A stretch of DNA of 64,000 nucleotides from positions 1-64,000 of IMG/VR virus record IMGVR_UViG_3300043466_003163; one strand, written 5' to 3'. Made by a program: the position numbers and the translations under genes. Numbering within the stretch: position 1 is the first letter of the stretch; the number at the start of each line of letters is the position of its first letter. Of this stretch, positions 39,902-49,115 are shown one piece after another. The notes under the pieces are model-generated. The model was not told the origin of the DNA. It saw nothing but the letters and a program-made list of their open reading frames with translations, and made no database searches. This DNA is from a virus.

Positions 39902-41167
39902 TTATGAGATTCTTCTCATTAAATCTTTAATAGCTGTAATTTGAGGATCAACATATGCAGTAGATTCATTCAAATTAGTAGTCTTATAAGATTTTACTGT
40001 TTTATTAACTTTATTTTCTACAGACTCATTAATTGGTTTTGTATTCTCTAATTCAGTTTTAATTGTCTTATAGATATTTTTAGATTCTTTAATTGTTTCC
40101 GCATTGTCGAATCTTTTTAAGATATCCATTTTTTCTTTCTTAGTAGTAGAATGTTCAGTAAACAATCTATTAACGTAAGCTAAATTAGTATTGAATAAAG
40201 CAACTTCATTAAGTTTGTCTTTGAATACGTTAAGTGCTTTTTTATACTCTTCGTTTTTATTTTTCAGCTCTTCGTATTCCTTCATTATTTTTGATTCGGA
40301 AACTGTGTTTTTGTTAGGTTTTTTAGAAATTAACGGTTTACGAACACTTCTAGATTCTCTAGCAGCAAGTCTAGCGCCATGATATCTTTGTTTACCACCA
40401 GATCTTCTGTGTCTTTGTAACTTGTCTTCTTCTAGTCTAGGTTCTTCATCTTCGCCACCTTCACCATCTTCATCGACAATTGTTTCATACATAGATGAAA
40501 GTTCGTCTAATTGAATTTCGTAAATGGTTTCTTCGCTGTCTTCGTACATAGAACCTGAACCACATTCAGAGCAATACTCATCTTCTTCTAAACCGAATCT
40601 ATCCATAGATTCCTTAATGTAATACTCTACACCTGTTTCGCGATCTGTCAAATGAATTCCTTTTTCATCTTTAACAACTTCTACTTCGTCATTATCACCT
40701 AATTTGTTTTTAAATACGTGAATAACTTCTTCGTCAGAAGCATCTGTTAAGTCTAAAACTTCTTCCCCTCCTGGTTCCTCAAAACCAAAATCAAATTCTT
40801 CAGGTTCTTCTTCACCTTCTTCTGAATCTAAATCTAAATCAACATCTAAATCTAAATCAACAGGTTCTTCTTCACCTTCTTCAGAATCTAATTCAGATGG
40901 TTCTTCTTCACCTTCTGGAGATTCAGTCTCTTCTTCATCGTCAAGATCTAACTCAACATCTTCTTCATCATCATTGGATCCTTCTAAATCTATATCGTCT
41001 ATTTCTACTTCTTCATCTTCCTCTTTTAAAGATGACTCAACGATACTTTCAATTTCTTTCGACAAGTGTGCCGCAAGCATTTCTTTCGTGTTGGCTTTTA
41101 AGGCATCCTCTAAAGACTTAGCTTCTAGCAAAGCCTCTTCGATGATAGATTTCTTTTTTTCAGCCAT
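39902..41167 (-). CDS. Prohead core/scaffold protein, gp22-like
   Basis: Very acidic, coiled-coil, many I/L-x-E sites; lies between the protease and capsid genes. Confidence 0.8.
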   Translation of the reverse strand: MAEKKKSIIEEALLEAKSLEDALKANTKEMLAAHLSKEIESIVESSLKEEDEEVEIDDIDLEGSNDDEEDVELDLDDEEETESPEGEEEPSELDSEEGEEEPVDLDLDVDLDLDSEEGEEEPEEFDFGFEEPGGEEVLDLTDASDEEVIHVFKNKLGDNDEVEVVKDEKGIHLTDRETGVEYYIKESMDRFGLEEDEYCSECGSGSMYEDSEETIYEIQLDELSSMYETIVDEDGEGGEDEEPRLEEDKLQRHRRSGGKQRYHGARLAARESRSVRKPLISKKPNKNTVSESKIMKEYEELKNKNEEYKKALNVFKDKLNEVALFNTNLAYVNRLFTEHSTTKKEKMDILKRFDNAETIKESKNIYKTIKTELENTKPINESVENKVNKTVKSYKTTNLNESTAYVDPQITAIKDLMRRIS

Positions 41168-41265
41168 TTTGTTTCTTTTTTAGTTTTTATTATTTTATTA
41201 TTACATTTACGCTAAAATGCGTTTCCTAATAAATATGTAGTTTTTTTGAAAAAGATTAATTTTTT

Positions 41266-41955
41266 TTAATCTAATAAAAAATTGTTTAAATTATTTTTTA
41301 ATAAATCTAAATCTTTTTTAGTTTTTGATTCTGACATTTGTTGTTCTCTAGATGGTTCTTCACTATAAATCCAAGAACCAGGTGTAGATGGTGAAGTTAC
41401 AATATCCCAACAAATAAGTTCATAATCATCCTGAACTACATTTTTACCACCTTCTTTTTCTAATGAACCTACCCCTCTAGATGAAACACCAATTTTTAAA
41501 CCTTTTCTTAAATAATTTGCTACCCTATCTCCTTCACAAGAAATAATTCCTTGATTGACAAATCCTGGTGACATTATGATTTCTAATTTACCCATCAATA
41601 TATTACCTTCCCACCATAAGTCTACAACATTATGTGAAATTCTACTTACCGCAACTATTGACGATTCTGGGTGATCAGCTTCACCTAATGCTCTTTTTTC
41701 TTTTATAAGTTTAAGATAGTTTTCTGCTTCCCTTCTTAGAATTGCTTCGGGATATACTCTTTCATTTCTATTCTCTACACCGTATTTTTGCATAACGGCA
41801 TAAACAACTAAAGGTTCTTCTATTATAGGTGTACCTTCAGTTAATTTATTTACTTCATTTACAAAGTGTCTATTATCTTTAGGGGAAATATATCCTGCGT
41901 CATATTCGATTAGGATTCCCTTTTTTCTAAAGTCATTCTTTTTTAAGATTTCCAT
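41266..41955 (-). CDS. gp21: Prohead protease, T4 gp21-like
   Basis: NRNERVYP, ALGEADHP, ISH, GVSSRGVGS, WDIVTSPS. Confidence 0.93.
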   Translation of the reverse strand: MEILKKNDFRKKGILIEYDAGYISPKDNRHFVNEVNKLTEGTPIIEEPLVVYAVMQKYGVENRNERVYPEAILRREAENYLKLIKEKRALGEADHPESSIVAVSRISHNVVDLWWEGNILMGKLEIIMSPGFVNQGIISCEGDRVANYLRKGLKIGVSSRGVGSLEKEGGKNVVQDDYELICWDIVTSPSTPGSWIYSEEPSREQQMSESKTKKDLDLLKNNLNNFLLD

Positions 41956-41956
41956 A

Positions 41957-41991
41957 ATAATGATATAGTTTTATTATAAATATATCATTAT
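41957..41991 (-). promoter_or_regulatory. Hairpin over the protease translation-initiation region, overlapping a late promoter
   Basis: ataatgatata (41957-41967) and tatatcattat (41981-41991) form a perfect 11-bp inverted repeat; ATATTTAT at 41976-41983. Confidence 0.6.
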
Positions 41992-42001
41992 CCTAAAAAG
42001 A

Positions 42002-42439
42002 TTATTTTTTAGTTTTATAGAATTTAAAAATAGAATTATTTTCAAAACAGTTATTTACTACATCGTAAATAATTGTTTTTGTGTGGTCAATTATGTTTGG
42101 TTGATTTAATGATAAATTTTTCTTTTGATAAAGTGTTATCTCACAAGACATAAAACTTCTTTTATTAATATCAAAACCTGAAGTTCTCATATCTAAATCC
42201 ACTATGTATCTATCACTATAGAAATAATCTTTATTTAGAGTATTATTTAATTTTTGTTTTATTTTTTTTCTGATATTACTTAAAAAAATATCATAATTAT
42301 TTTCTTCCCCATCATTTATTATCTGTCCCCACGCAGTAAAGTTTATATACAAACTTTTTGATTCTTTATTGTTTACTGTACCAATTTTTGTTTTATAGTT
42401 GTCTAATAAATCTAATTTGATTTCTTTTCCTAATTTCAT
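42002..42439 (-). CDS. Hypothetical protein in the head cluster
   Basis: 145-aa ORF with its own promoter, downstream of a terminator. Confidence 0.75.
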   Translation of the reverse strand: MKLGKEIKLDLLDNYKTKIGTVNNKESKSLYINFTAWGQIINDGEENNYDIFLSNIRKKIKQKLNNTLNKDYFYSDRYIVDLDMRTSGFDINKRSFMSCEITLYQKKNLSLNQPNIIDHTKTIIYDVVNNCFENNSIFKFYKTKK

Positions 42440-42481
42440 TAAAATTTTCTTTCATATTATGTTATTTAAAGTTTACATATA

Positions 42482-42510
42482 ATAATACAAATTTATTCGT
42501 GAAATGTCAA
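42482..42510 (-). promoter_or_regulatory. Non-late promoter
   Basis: TTGACA-N17-TATTAT, also containing TAAATTTG (TAnnTTTG). Confidence 0.55.
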
Positions 42511-42521
42511 ATTATGGTAAT

Positions 42522-42545
42522 AAAAAACCCTCACTAAGAGGGTTT
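42522..42545 (-). terminator. Intrinsic terminator
   Basis: aaaccctc-actaa-gagggttt with a U-tract on the minus strand. Confidence 0.8.
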
Positions 42546-42548
42546 ATA

Positions 42549-43328
42549 TTAATCATTTGTGATTGTTTGTTTTAAATTATAAAACTTAATTATGTCATCA
42601 CTAAAATTATCTTTTTGATATTTAGTATTTAATAGTTTATCTTTAACTTTAAGTAACTTATCTTTTAAATCTAAATCAGATGACTCATTCAATTTAGAAT
42701 CTACTGTAATTACACAATCTCTTTTTAATTTATTGTATATATCTTCTTTTTCACTATCACTACCATTTAAAATTGAGTGTATGATTTTTTTATCTGATTC
42801 ATTAATATCACTATATTTGCTATTAAACTTATTTACAAATAATTTAGTTAAAACACTAGGTGGTACATTAATAGTTTCATGATTAATTTCTTCTGTAAAG
42901 ATTTCATTTTTTGTAGTCATAAATTCTATTAATTTATTAGTTGCCTCATTTATTTGATTTATATTTGAAGGTGTTTTTTTAGTACTACCTAAATAAGATA
43001 TATTTTTATAAAATTCATTATTTTCTTTAACAATTTTTTTACCCTTTAAAAGTTTTAATAAAGAATTGTTAGATTCATTAATTTTATTTTTATCAATAGA
43101 TTTAAGTAGCTCAATATTTTCATTTAAATATTCTTTCGCCTCAAATTTATCGTCAAATTTTTTAGTCTCTAAATTCTTATATATTAAGAATTGATCTCTA
43201 ATAGTTTTATTTTCTTTTAATGTTTTTAAATACTTTCCAAATAATTTTTTACCTGATGAATCTTTTTTAATTACTGATTCAATAATTATTTTTTTAAAAG
43301 TATCCTTTATATTACCAAAATTTTCCAT
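42549..43328 (-). CDS. Head-cluster hypothetical protein
   Basis: 259 aa, repeated INES/LNE sites, directly after the portal gene, ATATTTAT at 43343. Confidence 0.7.
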   Translation of the reverse strand: MENFGNIKDTFKKIIIESVIKKDSSGKKLFGKYLKTLKENKTIRDQFLIYKNLETKKFDDKFEAKEYLNENIELLKSIDKNKINESNNSLLKLLKGKKIVKENNEFYKNISYLGSTKKTPSNINQINEATNKLIEFMTTKNEIFTEEINHETINVPPSVLTKLFVNKFNSKYSDINESDKKIIHSILNGSDSEKEDIYNKLKRDCVITVDSKLNESSDLDLKDKLLKVKDKLLNTKYQKDNFSDDIIKFYNLKQTITND

Positions 43329-43367
43329 AGATGTTTTATTTAATAAATATTAATTAATTTAAAAAAA

Positions 43368-45278
43368 TTAATCTATCATATTATCTATTTGTTTTGTTAT
43401 CTCATTTATCTTAGAATTTAATTTTTCTGCACCATCCTCAAACATATCTAAACTATATACATTCTCATTTTTTTCTAAACTTTCAGTTAATTTTTTTAAA
43501 TAAATTCCTTGATATTTTTTTACCTTTTCTAAATATTTTTTATTTTGTTGTTCTAATAGTAAGTTATCCGTTTTTTTGGTTGATTCCATAGCAGGTTCAG
43601 CACCTCCCGCAAGTTCAGCACCTCCCGCAGGTTCAGCACCTCCCGCAGGTTCAGCACCTCCCGCAGGTTCAGCACCTCCCGCAGGTTCAGCACCTCCACC
43701 AGCACCTGGTTCTGCAGCACCAGCACCTGCCATCAGTGAATCAAAATCACCATATAATCTATCAACCCTATCAAATATACCTGTCTTTTTAATAACTTCT
43801 GCAGTTTGTTCCATTTCTGCTGCCGCAGCTTTTTCTAATCTTTGTTGTTCTAAATCATTCCTTATTTCTTCCTCAGACATACCTAAAATTTCTTTTTTGG
43901 CTCTAGTCATTGACATTGCACCAAATCCATTACCTGCGTCCGCAACTGCATCTTTATAAAGGGTTACTTTTAATTGAGTTTGTTCTACTTTAAGCATTTC
44001 TGCTTGAGTTGATGGGTTATTTAAAGTTAAAGTAAAATTTTCTAATTCATCTTCTAACCCTAAAATGTATAAATGTATGATTGCAATCTTATTTAATTCT
44101 TGCAACATAGCTTGTTGTATTCTATTTATAGTTCTAGCAAATCTTATATCTTGTAAAGCTAAATTCTTACCTTCACCATTTGCTTCCTCAAACCCTAAAA
44201 ATGGTTTAGGTACTCTAAGAGCCGTAAATAATTTTTTCTGTAAATACTGAATATCCGCAATTTCAGATAAGTTAGTTGCACCAGCGAGTGTATCTATTGG
44301 GCTAGGGGCATTTGCATCTCTAACTGGAATAAAATAATCCTGATCCTGAGCCATTTGATTATAACGTGTATCTATTTGTCCTGTGTTTTGATCGATAACA
44401 GGACTTCTCTTAAAGTTATTTGCGATTTTATTAACATATGCGGGTACGTCTTGTTCATCAATGTTACCAACATAAATTTTAAATATTCTTCTTTCTGGTG
44501 CCCTTGTAACTCTATAAATTAACATTGCATCTTCAGAAAGTAATAATTGTTTCCATATTCTTCTACCTTTTTCTAACATAGATGTTCCATAAGGTAATCT
44601 TCTATCATCACCTAATAATCTAAAGTGTGCAACTTGCCACGCATTAAATTCAACATCTCTTTGACCCCAAACAAATTTTACTGGATTATATTTATCAGTT
44701 TCAGCATTCATAGAATTCTCACCAAAACCTTCATTTTCTTTTCTAGTAATTTCTATATTAGGTAATTGTTTTACCCCTAATATTCCTTCTTCACTATCTA
44801 TGTTTAAAAATAAAAAATTATCTCCGTATTTACAGGTATTTCTTGTCCACATTGGAAGTGAGGTGTGGATATCTAATCTATTAAAAAATAAATCTTCTAA
44901 TATTCTTCTAACTCTTTTACTTTCAGAAAAAATATTTATCATTTTATTTTCTGAATTAAGTGTAGTAGATTCTTCCATCATAATGTCTAACGCTGCAGAA
45001 ATTTCAGGAAAGAATTCCATACCCTCAAAATCTGCGTATGATGCCAATCTAGTTGTTTCATAATAAACGGAATGTTGATAAATATTATTATCAACTTTTT
45101 GCCACATATTAGCCAAATAGGCATCTTGCTGTCTTTTTAATTTTTCAAATTCAAATTCTTCTTTTGATTTTGTTTTTAATAATTCTTTATCGTTTAAAGA
45201 ATATCTAGATTTATTTTGTTGTTTTACTTCTGGTCCAAATAAATCATTCAATTGTTGGAATACAGTTTTTCTTGCCAT
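43368..45278 (-). CDS. gp20: Portal protein, T4 gp20-like
   Basis: PEISAALD, EDAMLIYRVTRAPERRIFKIYVGN, DYFIP, IDTLAG, DIQYLQKKLFTALRVP, RFARTINRIQ. Confidence 0.95.
   Translation of the reverse strand: MARKTVFQQLNDLFGPEVKQQNKSRYSLNDKELLKTKSKEEFEFEKLKRQQDAYLANMWQKVDNNIYQHSVYYETTRLASYADFEGMEFFPEISAALDIMMEESTTLNSENKMINIFSESKRVRRILEDLFFNRLDIHTSLPMWTRNTCKYGDNFLFLNIDSEEGILGVKQLPNIEITRKENEGFGENSMNAETDKYNPVKFVWGQRDVEFNAWQVAHFRLLGDDRRLPYGTSMLEKGRRIWKQLLLSEDAMLIYRVTRAPERRIFKIYVGNIDEQDVPAYVNKIANNFKRSPVIDQNTGQIDTRYNQMAQDQDYFIPVRDANAPSPIDTLAGATNLSEIADIQYLQKKLFTALRVPKPFLGFEEANGEGKNLALQDIRFARTINRIQQAMLQELNKIAIIHLYILGLEDELENFTLTLNNPSTQAEMLKVEQTQLKVTLYKDAVADAGNGFGAMSMTRAKKEILGMSEEEIRNDLEQQRLEKAAAAEMEQTAEVIKKTGIFDRVDRLYGDFDSLMAGAGAAEPGAGGGAEPAGGAEPAGGAEPAGGAEPAGGAELAGGAEPAMESTKKTDNLLLEQQNKKYLEKVKKYQGIYLKKLTESLEKNENVYSLDMFEDGAEKLNSKINEITKQIDNMID
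43591..43698. repeat. 18-bp tandem repeat, 6 copies, in the portal C-terminus (GGAEPA)
   Basis: gcaggttcagcacctccc x6 with two single-base differences. Confidence 0.95.
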
Positions 45279-45329
45279 TATATTTTTTTCTTTATTACTA
45301 TTATAATAAATATTGTGGAAAATTAAATA

Positions 45330-47120
45330 TTATTTAATACCAAATAACCAATTATATTCTCCATTATTGTTATTGTCGTGAGGTTGTTTTGGGTGATAAG
45401 ATGGTGTATTAACATAAAATGGATTAACATATCCTTCTTTCATCATAGGTTTTGACGGTGTAGTAGACATATTCACCCAACTCTCTAACATAGCCTTAGT
45501 TTGTTTTTCAACTTGTTCTAATTTTTTAAAAGATGTTTGTATTATAAAAATACACATCGCATATGCCATAATTATATCATCATGATATCCTTCCATATGA
45601 TCTGGTCTACCATTTTTATATACAAATGTTCTTAACTCAGATATCATCCTTTGGGAACGTATTATAGTTTTATTTTCTCTAATATGTTCTTCTAATTCCG
45701 AAACCATTTGTAATCTGGTGTTACCCACATTAAACCCAGGAACTTTATCACCCTCTTTATATTTTGTTTTTGCATATTTCTCACTCAATTTTCTACTTTT
45801 TGGGTCATCATAATGTAAAAATTTATAATCCATTTCCATTAATTTTAGTACCGTTGATACTCCCATACCACCAGTAATATCTATAACTGTATAGGCATTA
45901 TACATATTACCGTACTTATATACTATTTCCGCCAATATATCAGGTGGTAGTTTATATTTAAATTCTGCAACTTGTTCTAAATTTTCAAAGTCTAATATTA
46001 CTATTGTAGAACTATCTTTTCCATCACCTCTACTAACGTCTACACCCATAATATATTTATGACCAACTTCAGGTTCTTTCCAAATCCACATAGACTTTTC
46101 AATCTCTGACGCAAAATTAGGGTCAGTAACATAATTTTCTTCATGATATGTAATATATTCATCATCTATTACGTTACCTCCTGAACCAATAAAAGATACA
46201 TCTAATTCTTGTGCAATCTTTTTAGCATCACCCATATCTGCTGCCATCTCTTCATACCAAGGGGATAGAGGTTTCCAACCATCTTTTATCATCACCTCAT
46301 AGTATTCTATCGTAGATTCGTCAGTTTCATAAATTTTATCGAGATATTCCCACCTTAATCTAGTTCTGTCTAATGTTTTACAAAGTAATTTTTCATCGTC
46401 ACCTCTTTTCCAATATAAATTTCTATTATATCTTACATCTTGATACCACTTCATCTCAACAATGTTGAAATTGTTTTCTTTTTTCTTTGCCCCATCATAC
46501 GTTTTATAATATAAAGGATCCATACCATTTGGTGTAGAAATTAAAGATATCTTACCACCCGTACCTAATGATGCTAAAGCCGCCCCAAAAACTTCTGAAC
46601 CATTATCGATAAACGCCGCCTCGTCCATTACTAAGAATGTTGGTGTAAAACCCCTCAATGCATCTTTTGAAGTTGCTAAGGCTCTTATTTCACATCCATT
46701 TGATTTTAATTTTAAATGACCTTTAGAATTTATTTCTAAATAATCTGTGCCTTCATCTAACCCCCAAACCCAATAAGGAATTTGATCTAAGAAATCTTTA
46801 ATTTTTTTAAGAAATTCTTGTGCTAATGTTTGTTTGTTGGCTAATATCAAAACTTTATGTGGATTATCAGGATCACCAAAAGCAGTTTTAACTGCAATAT
46901 ATGCGGCAGTTGTTGTAGATACACCCGCCTGTCGAGGTTTAGTAACTAAATTACGATTATACTTTTCATACGATTTAATAATTTCTTTTTGTTTATAAAA
47001 TAACTTAAATGGTACATTACCTCCTTGAGTTAAATCGAATGTTTTTAAAAAAGTTTCTATCGCATAAATTGGATCACCTAAACATCGAGCATATGTCTTT
47101 AATTGTTCTGCTCTTTCCAT
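45330..47120 (-). CDS. terL: Terminase large subunit, T4 gp17-like
   Basis: KPRQAGVST Walker A, LVMDEAAF Walker B, ISTPNG, GVDVSRG, HDDIIMA nuclease motifs. Confidence 0.95.
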   Translation of the reverse strand: MERAEQLKTYARCLGDPIYAIETFLKTFDLTQGGNVPFKLFYKQKEIIKSYEKYNRNLVTKPRQAGVSTTTAAYIAVKTAFGDPDNPHKVLILANKQTLAQEFLKKIKDFLDQIPYWVWGLDEGTDYLEINSKGHLKLKSNGCEIRALATSKDALRGFTPTFLVMDEAAFIDNGSEVFGAALASLGTGGKISLISTPNGMDPLYYKTYDGAKKKENNFNIVEMKWYQDVRYNRNLYWKRGDDEKLLCKTLDRTRLRWEYLDKIYETDESTIEYYEVMIKDGWKPLSPWYEEMAADMGDAKKIAQELDVSFIGSGGNVIDDEYITYHEENYVTDPNFASEIEKSMWIWKEPEVGHKYIMGVDVSRGDGKDSSTIVILDFENLEQVAEFKYKLPPDILAEIVYKYGNMYNAYTVIDITGGMGVSTVLKLMEMDYKFLHYDDPKSRKLSEKYAKTKYKEGDKVPGFNVGNTRLQMVSELEEHIRENKTIIRSQRMISELRTFVYKNGRPDHMEGYHDDIIMAYAMCIFIIQTSFKKLEQVEKQTKAMLESWVNMSTTPSKPMMKEGYVNPFYVNTPSYHPKQPHDNNNNGEYNWLFGIK

Positions 47121-47150
47121 AATATTTTATTATATAAATATGGATATACT

Positions 47151-48005
47151 TTAAAAAGCAATTAAATTACCATTTTCCCACTCATCATAATTTGGTCCAA
47201 ATGTATATGTGACATTGTTACCTGACCCTATTTTTTGTATGATACCCGATTTATTTAAGGCACTCCAAAATGTAGCATGTTGTCCACCACCTAACGATGA
47301 ACCTATATATTTTAAAAATCCTGTTTTAGTTTTAATCTTTTCTGATGGATCTTTTAAATAATTAATTACATCTCTAACCATAGAATTTTCTTTTCTATTA
47401 AAAGTGAATCCTTTATCTTTTGGAATTAATAGTAAACCATTATCTTCCGCGTATTTTTTAACTACCTTAAAAGTCCTCTTTTTTAGAAAACTTAATTTAT
47501 CTGTGACAATTGATAGTTTTCTTACCGCATCTTTAGCTGGGTATTTATTAAACATTATGGGTATCACTCTATCTATTGAGGATTCTATTAAGTCAATTAA
47601 AAAATTATTGCGATAGGAATAAGGTAATTTTAATTTAAAGTCAACAAGTTTATAAAAATTATTTATAACATCTTCCTTATTTCTGACTAAATACATTGAG
47701 TAATCTTCAATTATATAGTCAAACATAGGGTATAAAAATTCATAATCCTTTAAATATGTGTTATAGAAATAGCCTGATTTAAATTTTTCTAAAAAAATAT
47801 TATAAAGTTCTCTATCATTTTGTACGACATTTAAAATAGTATTAATATCCTTTTCATCATTAAGATAAAAAATTCTATGAAAAACGTCTAAAAACGCAGA
47901 GGGGTTAACCCAATTATTTGAGACTTTTTTAAAATGTTCTATTTCATCTCTATAATCTTCAGATAATAGTTTTTTATATTGACTTTCAGTAATGATTATT
48001 TTCAT
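47151..48005 (-). CDS. Hypothetical protein with a head-protein-like leader
   Basis: N-terminus MKIIITESQYKKLLSE. Confidence 0.7.
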   Translation of the reverse strand: MKIIITESQYKKLLSEDYRDEIEHFKKVSNNWVNPSAFLDVFHRIFYLNDEKDINTILNVVQNDRELYNIFLEKFKSGYFYNTYLKDYEFLYPMFDYIIEDYSMYLVRNKEDVINNFYKLVDFKLKLPYSYRNNFLIDLIESSIDRVIPIMFNKYPAKDAVRKLSIVTDKLSFLKKRTFKVVKKYAEDNGLLLIPKDKGFTFNRKENSMVRDVINYLKDPSEKIKTKTGFLKYIGSSLGGGQHATFWSALNKSGIIQKIGSGNNVTYTFGPNYDEWENGNLIAF

Positions 48006-48008
48006 ACC

Positions 48009-49031
48009 TTATAAATTGCCTATTATGTAGTCATTTAAATGTTCTGACACTTTAGAACTATCAGGGTAAAAATAACTCATATCTCTAGTTTGTAATTTGT
48101 CATCTATACAATCTAAATATTCTGAAATCACATTTAAAAAATAACTTTCATATTCTTCTGGTAATTGACCTTTACATTCGACATATCTTTCAATGTAGTA
48201 CATAAAAATTTTATCTACATTAAACTTTAATACTTGTTTTTTATTTTCAGTTTCTCCCCATTCACCTTCAGAACCTATTGTATCTACTATTTGTTCTTTT
48301 AATTCAGAAAATAATTCATCTTCTGCTGCAGATTCATATGACCATCTATAATGATTTTCTAATTCATTTCTTAAATCGTAAAAAATATCATCCTCATCAA
48401 TTAGATTTAAAATAGTTTCGGTATCGTCAACCATCTCTTCTGTTAAAACATCGGTATCGTAACCTTCTGGTTCATATTCTAACTCTTTCCCAATAAAATC
48501 ATTTTCCTTTATATAATTTTTTATATGTTCTATAGATTTTTCATCTAAATTATCTACAACATCATTTTCAAAATCCACATCAAACCAACCATAGATTTCT
48601 GCCCAATCAGGTTCTAATATTCTTCTTACAAAATCTCTATCGTCAGACTCAAAAAATTCTGAAAAATCATGCCATTCATCACATATTAAATATGGTGTTT
48701 CGCCCATCCATTCTATGTCATTAAAATGTTTTTCGTTCGCATATCTATCTTTATTAAGAAATTTTTCGACCCAACCCGACTCACTCAATATTTGATGTAT
48801 ATCTTCCGCATAAAACCATTTACCTAATTCACTGGTATCTATATAATCTAAAGGGTTCTCATCGTTATCTATAATATATTTAAATACCCCCTCAAATATA
48901 TCTTTTTCACTAAAACTATTATCAGTAATATCTTTTATATTATTTATATGTTCTATATAATCATCACCAATTTCGTCAAAGTACGTTACAATTAATTTAT
49001 TTATTAATTTTTGTAATCTACTATCTTCCAT
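48009..49031 (-). CDS. Highly acidic, aromatic-rich hypothetical protein
   Basis: D/E/W/Y-rich; start reassigned to ATG 49031, 16 nt after ATATTTAT. Confidence 0.7.
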   Translation of the reverse strand: MEDSRLQKLINKLIVTYFDEIGDDYIEHINNIKDITDNSFSEKDIFEGVFKYIIDNDENPLDYIDTSELGKWFYAEDIHQILSESGWVEKFLNKDRYANEKHFNDIEWMGETPYLICDEWHDFSEFFESDDRDFVRRILEPDWAEIYGWFDVDFENDVVDNLDEKSIEHIKNYIKENDFIGKELEYEPEGYDTDVLTEEMVDDTETILNLIDEDDIFYDLRNELENHYRWSYESAAEDELFSELKEQIVDTIGSEGEWGETENKKQVLKFNVDKIFMYYIERYVECKGQLPEEYESYFLNVISEYLDCIDDKLQTRDMSYFYPDSSKVSEHLNDYIIGNL

Positions 49032-49067
49032 AATAAAATGTTTTTTAATAAATATATTACATAATAT

Positions 49068-49092
49068 AAAAAATCCCACATTGAGTGGGATT
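49068..49092 (-). terminator. Intrinsic terminator
   Basis: aatcccac-attga-gtgggatt with a U-tract on the minus strand. Confidence 0.75.
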
Positions 49093-49115
49093 AAATAATT
49101 TATTATAGGATGTTA

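Noticed and set aside
43591-43698. Tandem repeats (also 52773-52871) as a CRISPR array
   Set aside because: No spacers; unit lengths are multiples of 3 and lie in frame inside coding sequences
47117-47143. Hairpin occluding the terminase start codon
   Set aside because: Only about 8 mostly A-U pairs with a bulge, which is expected by chance at this AT content
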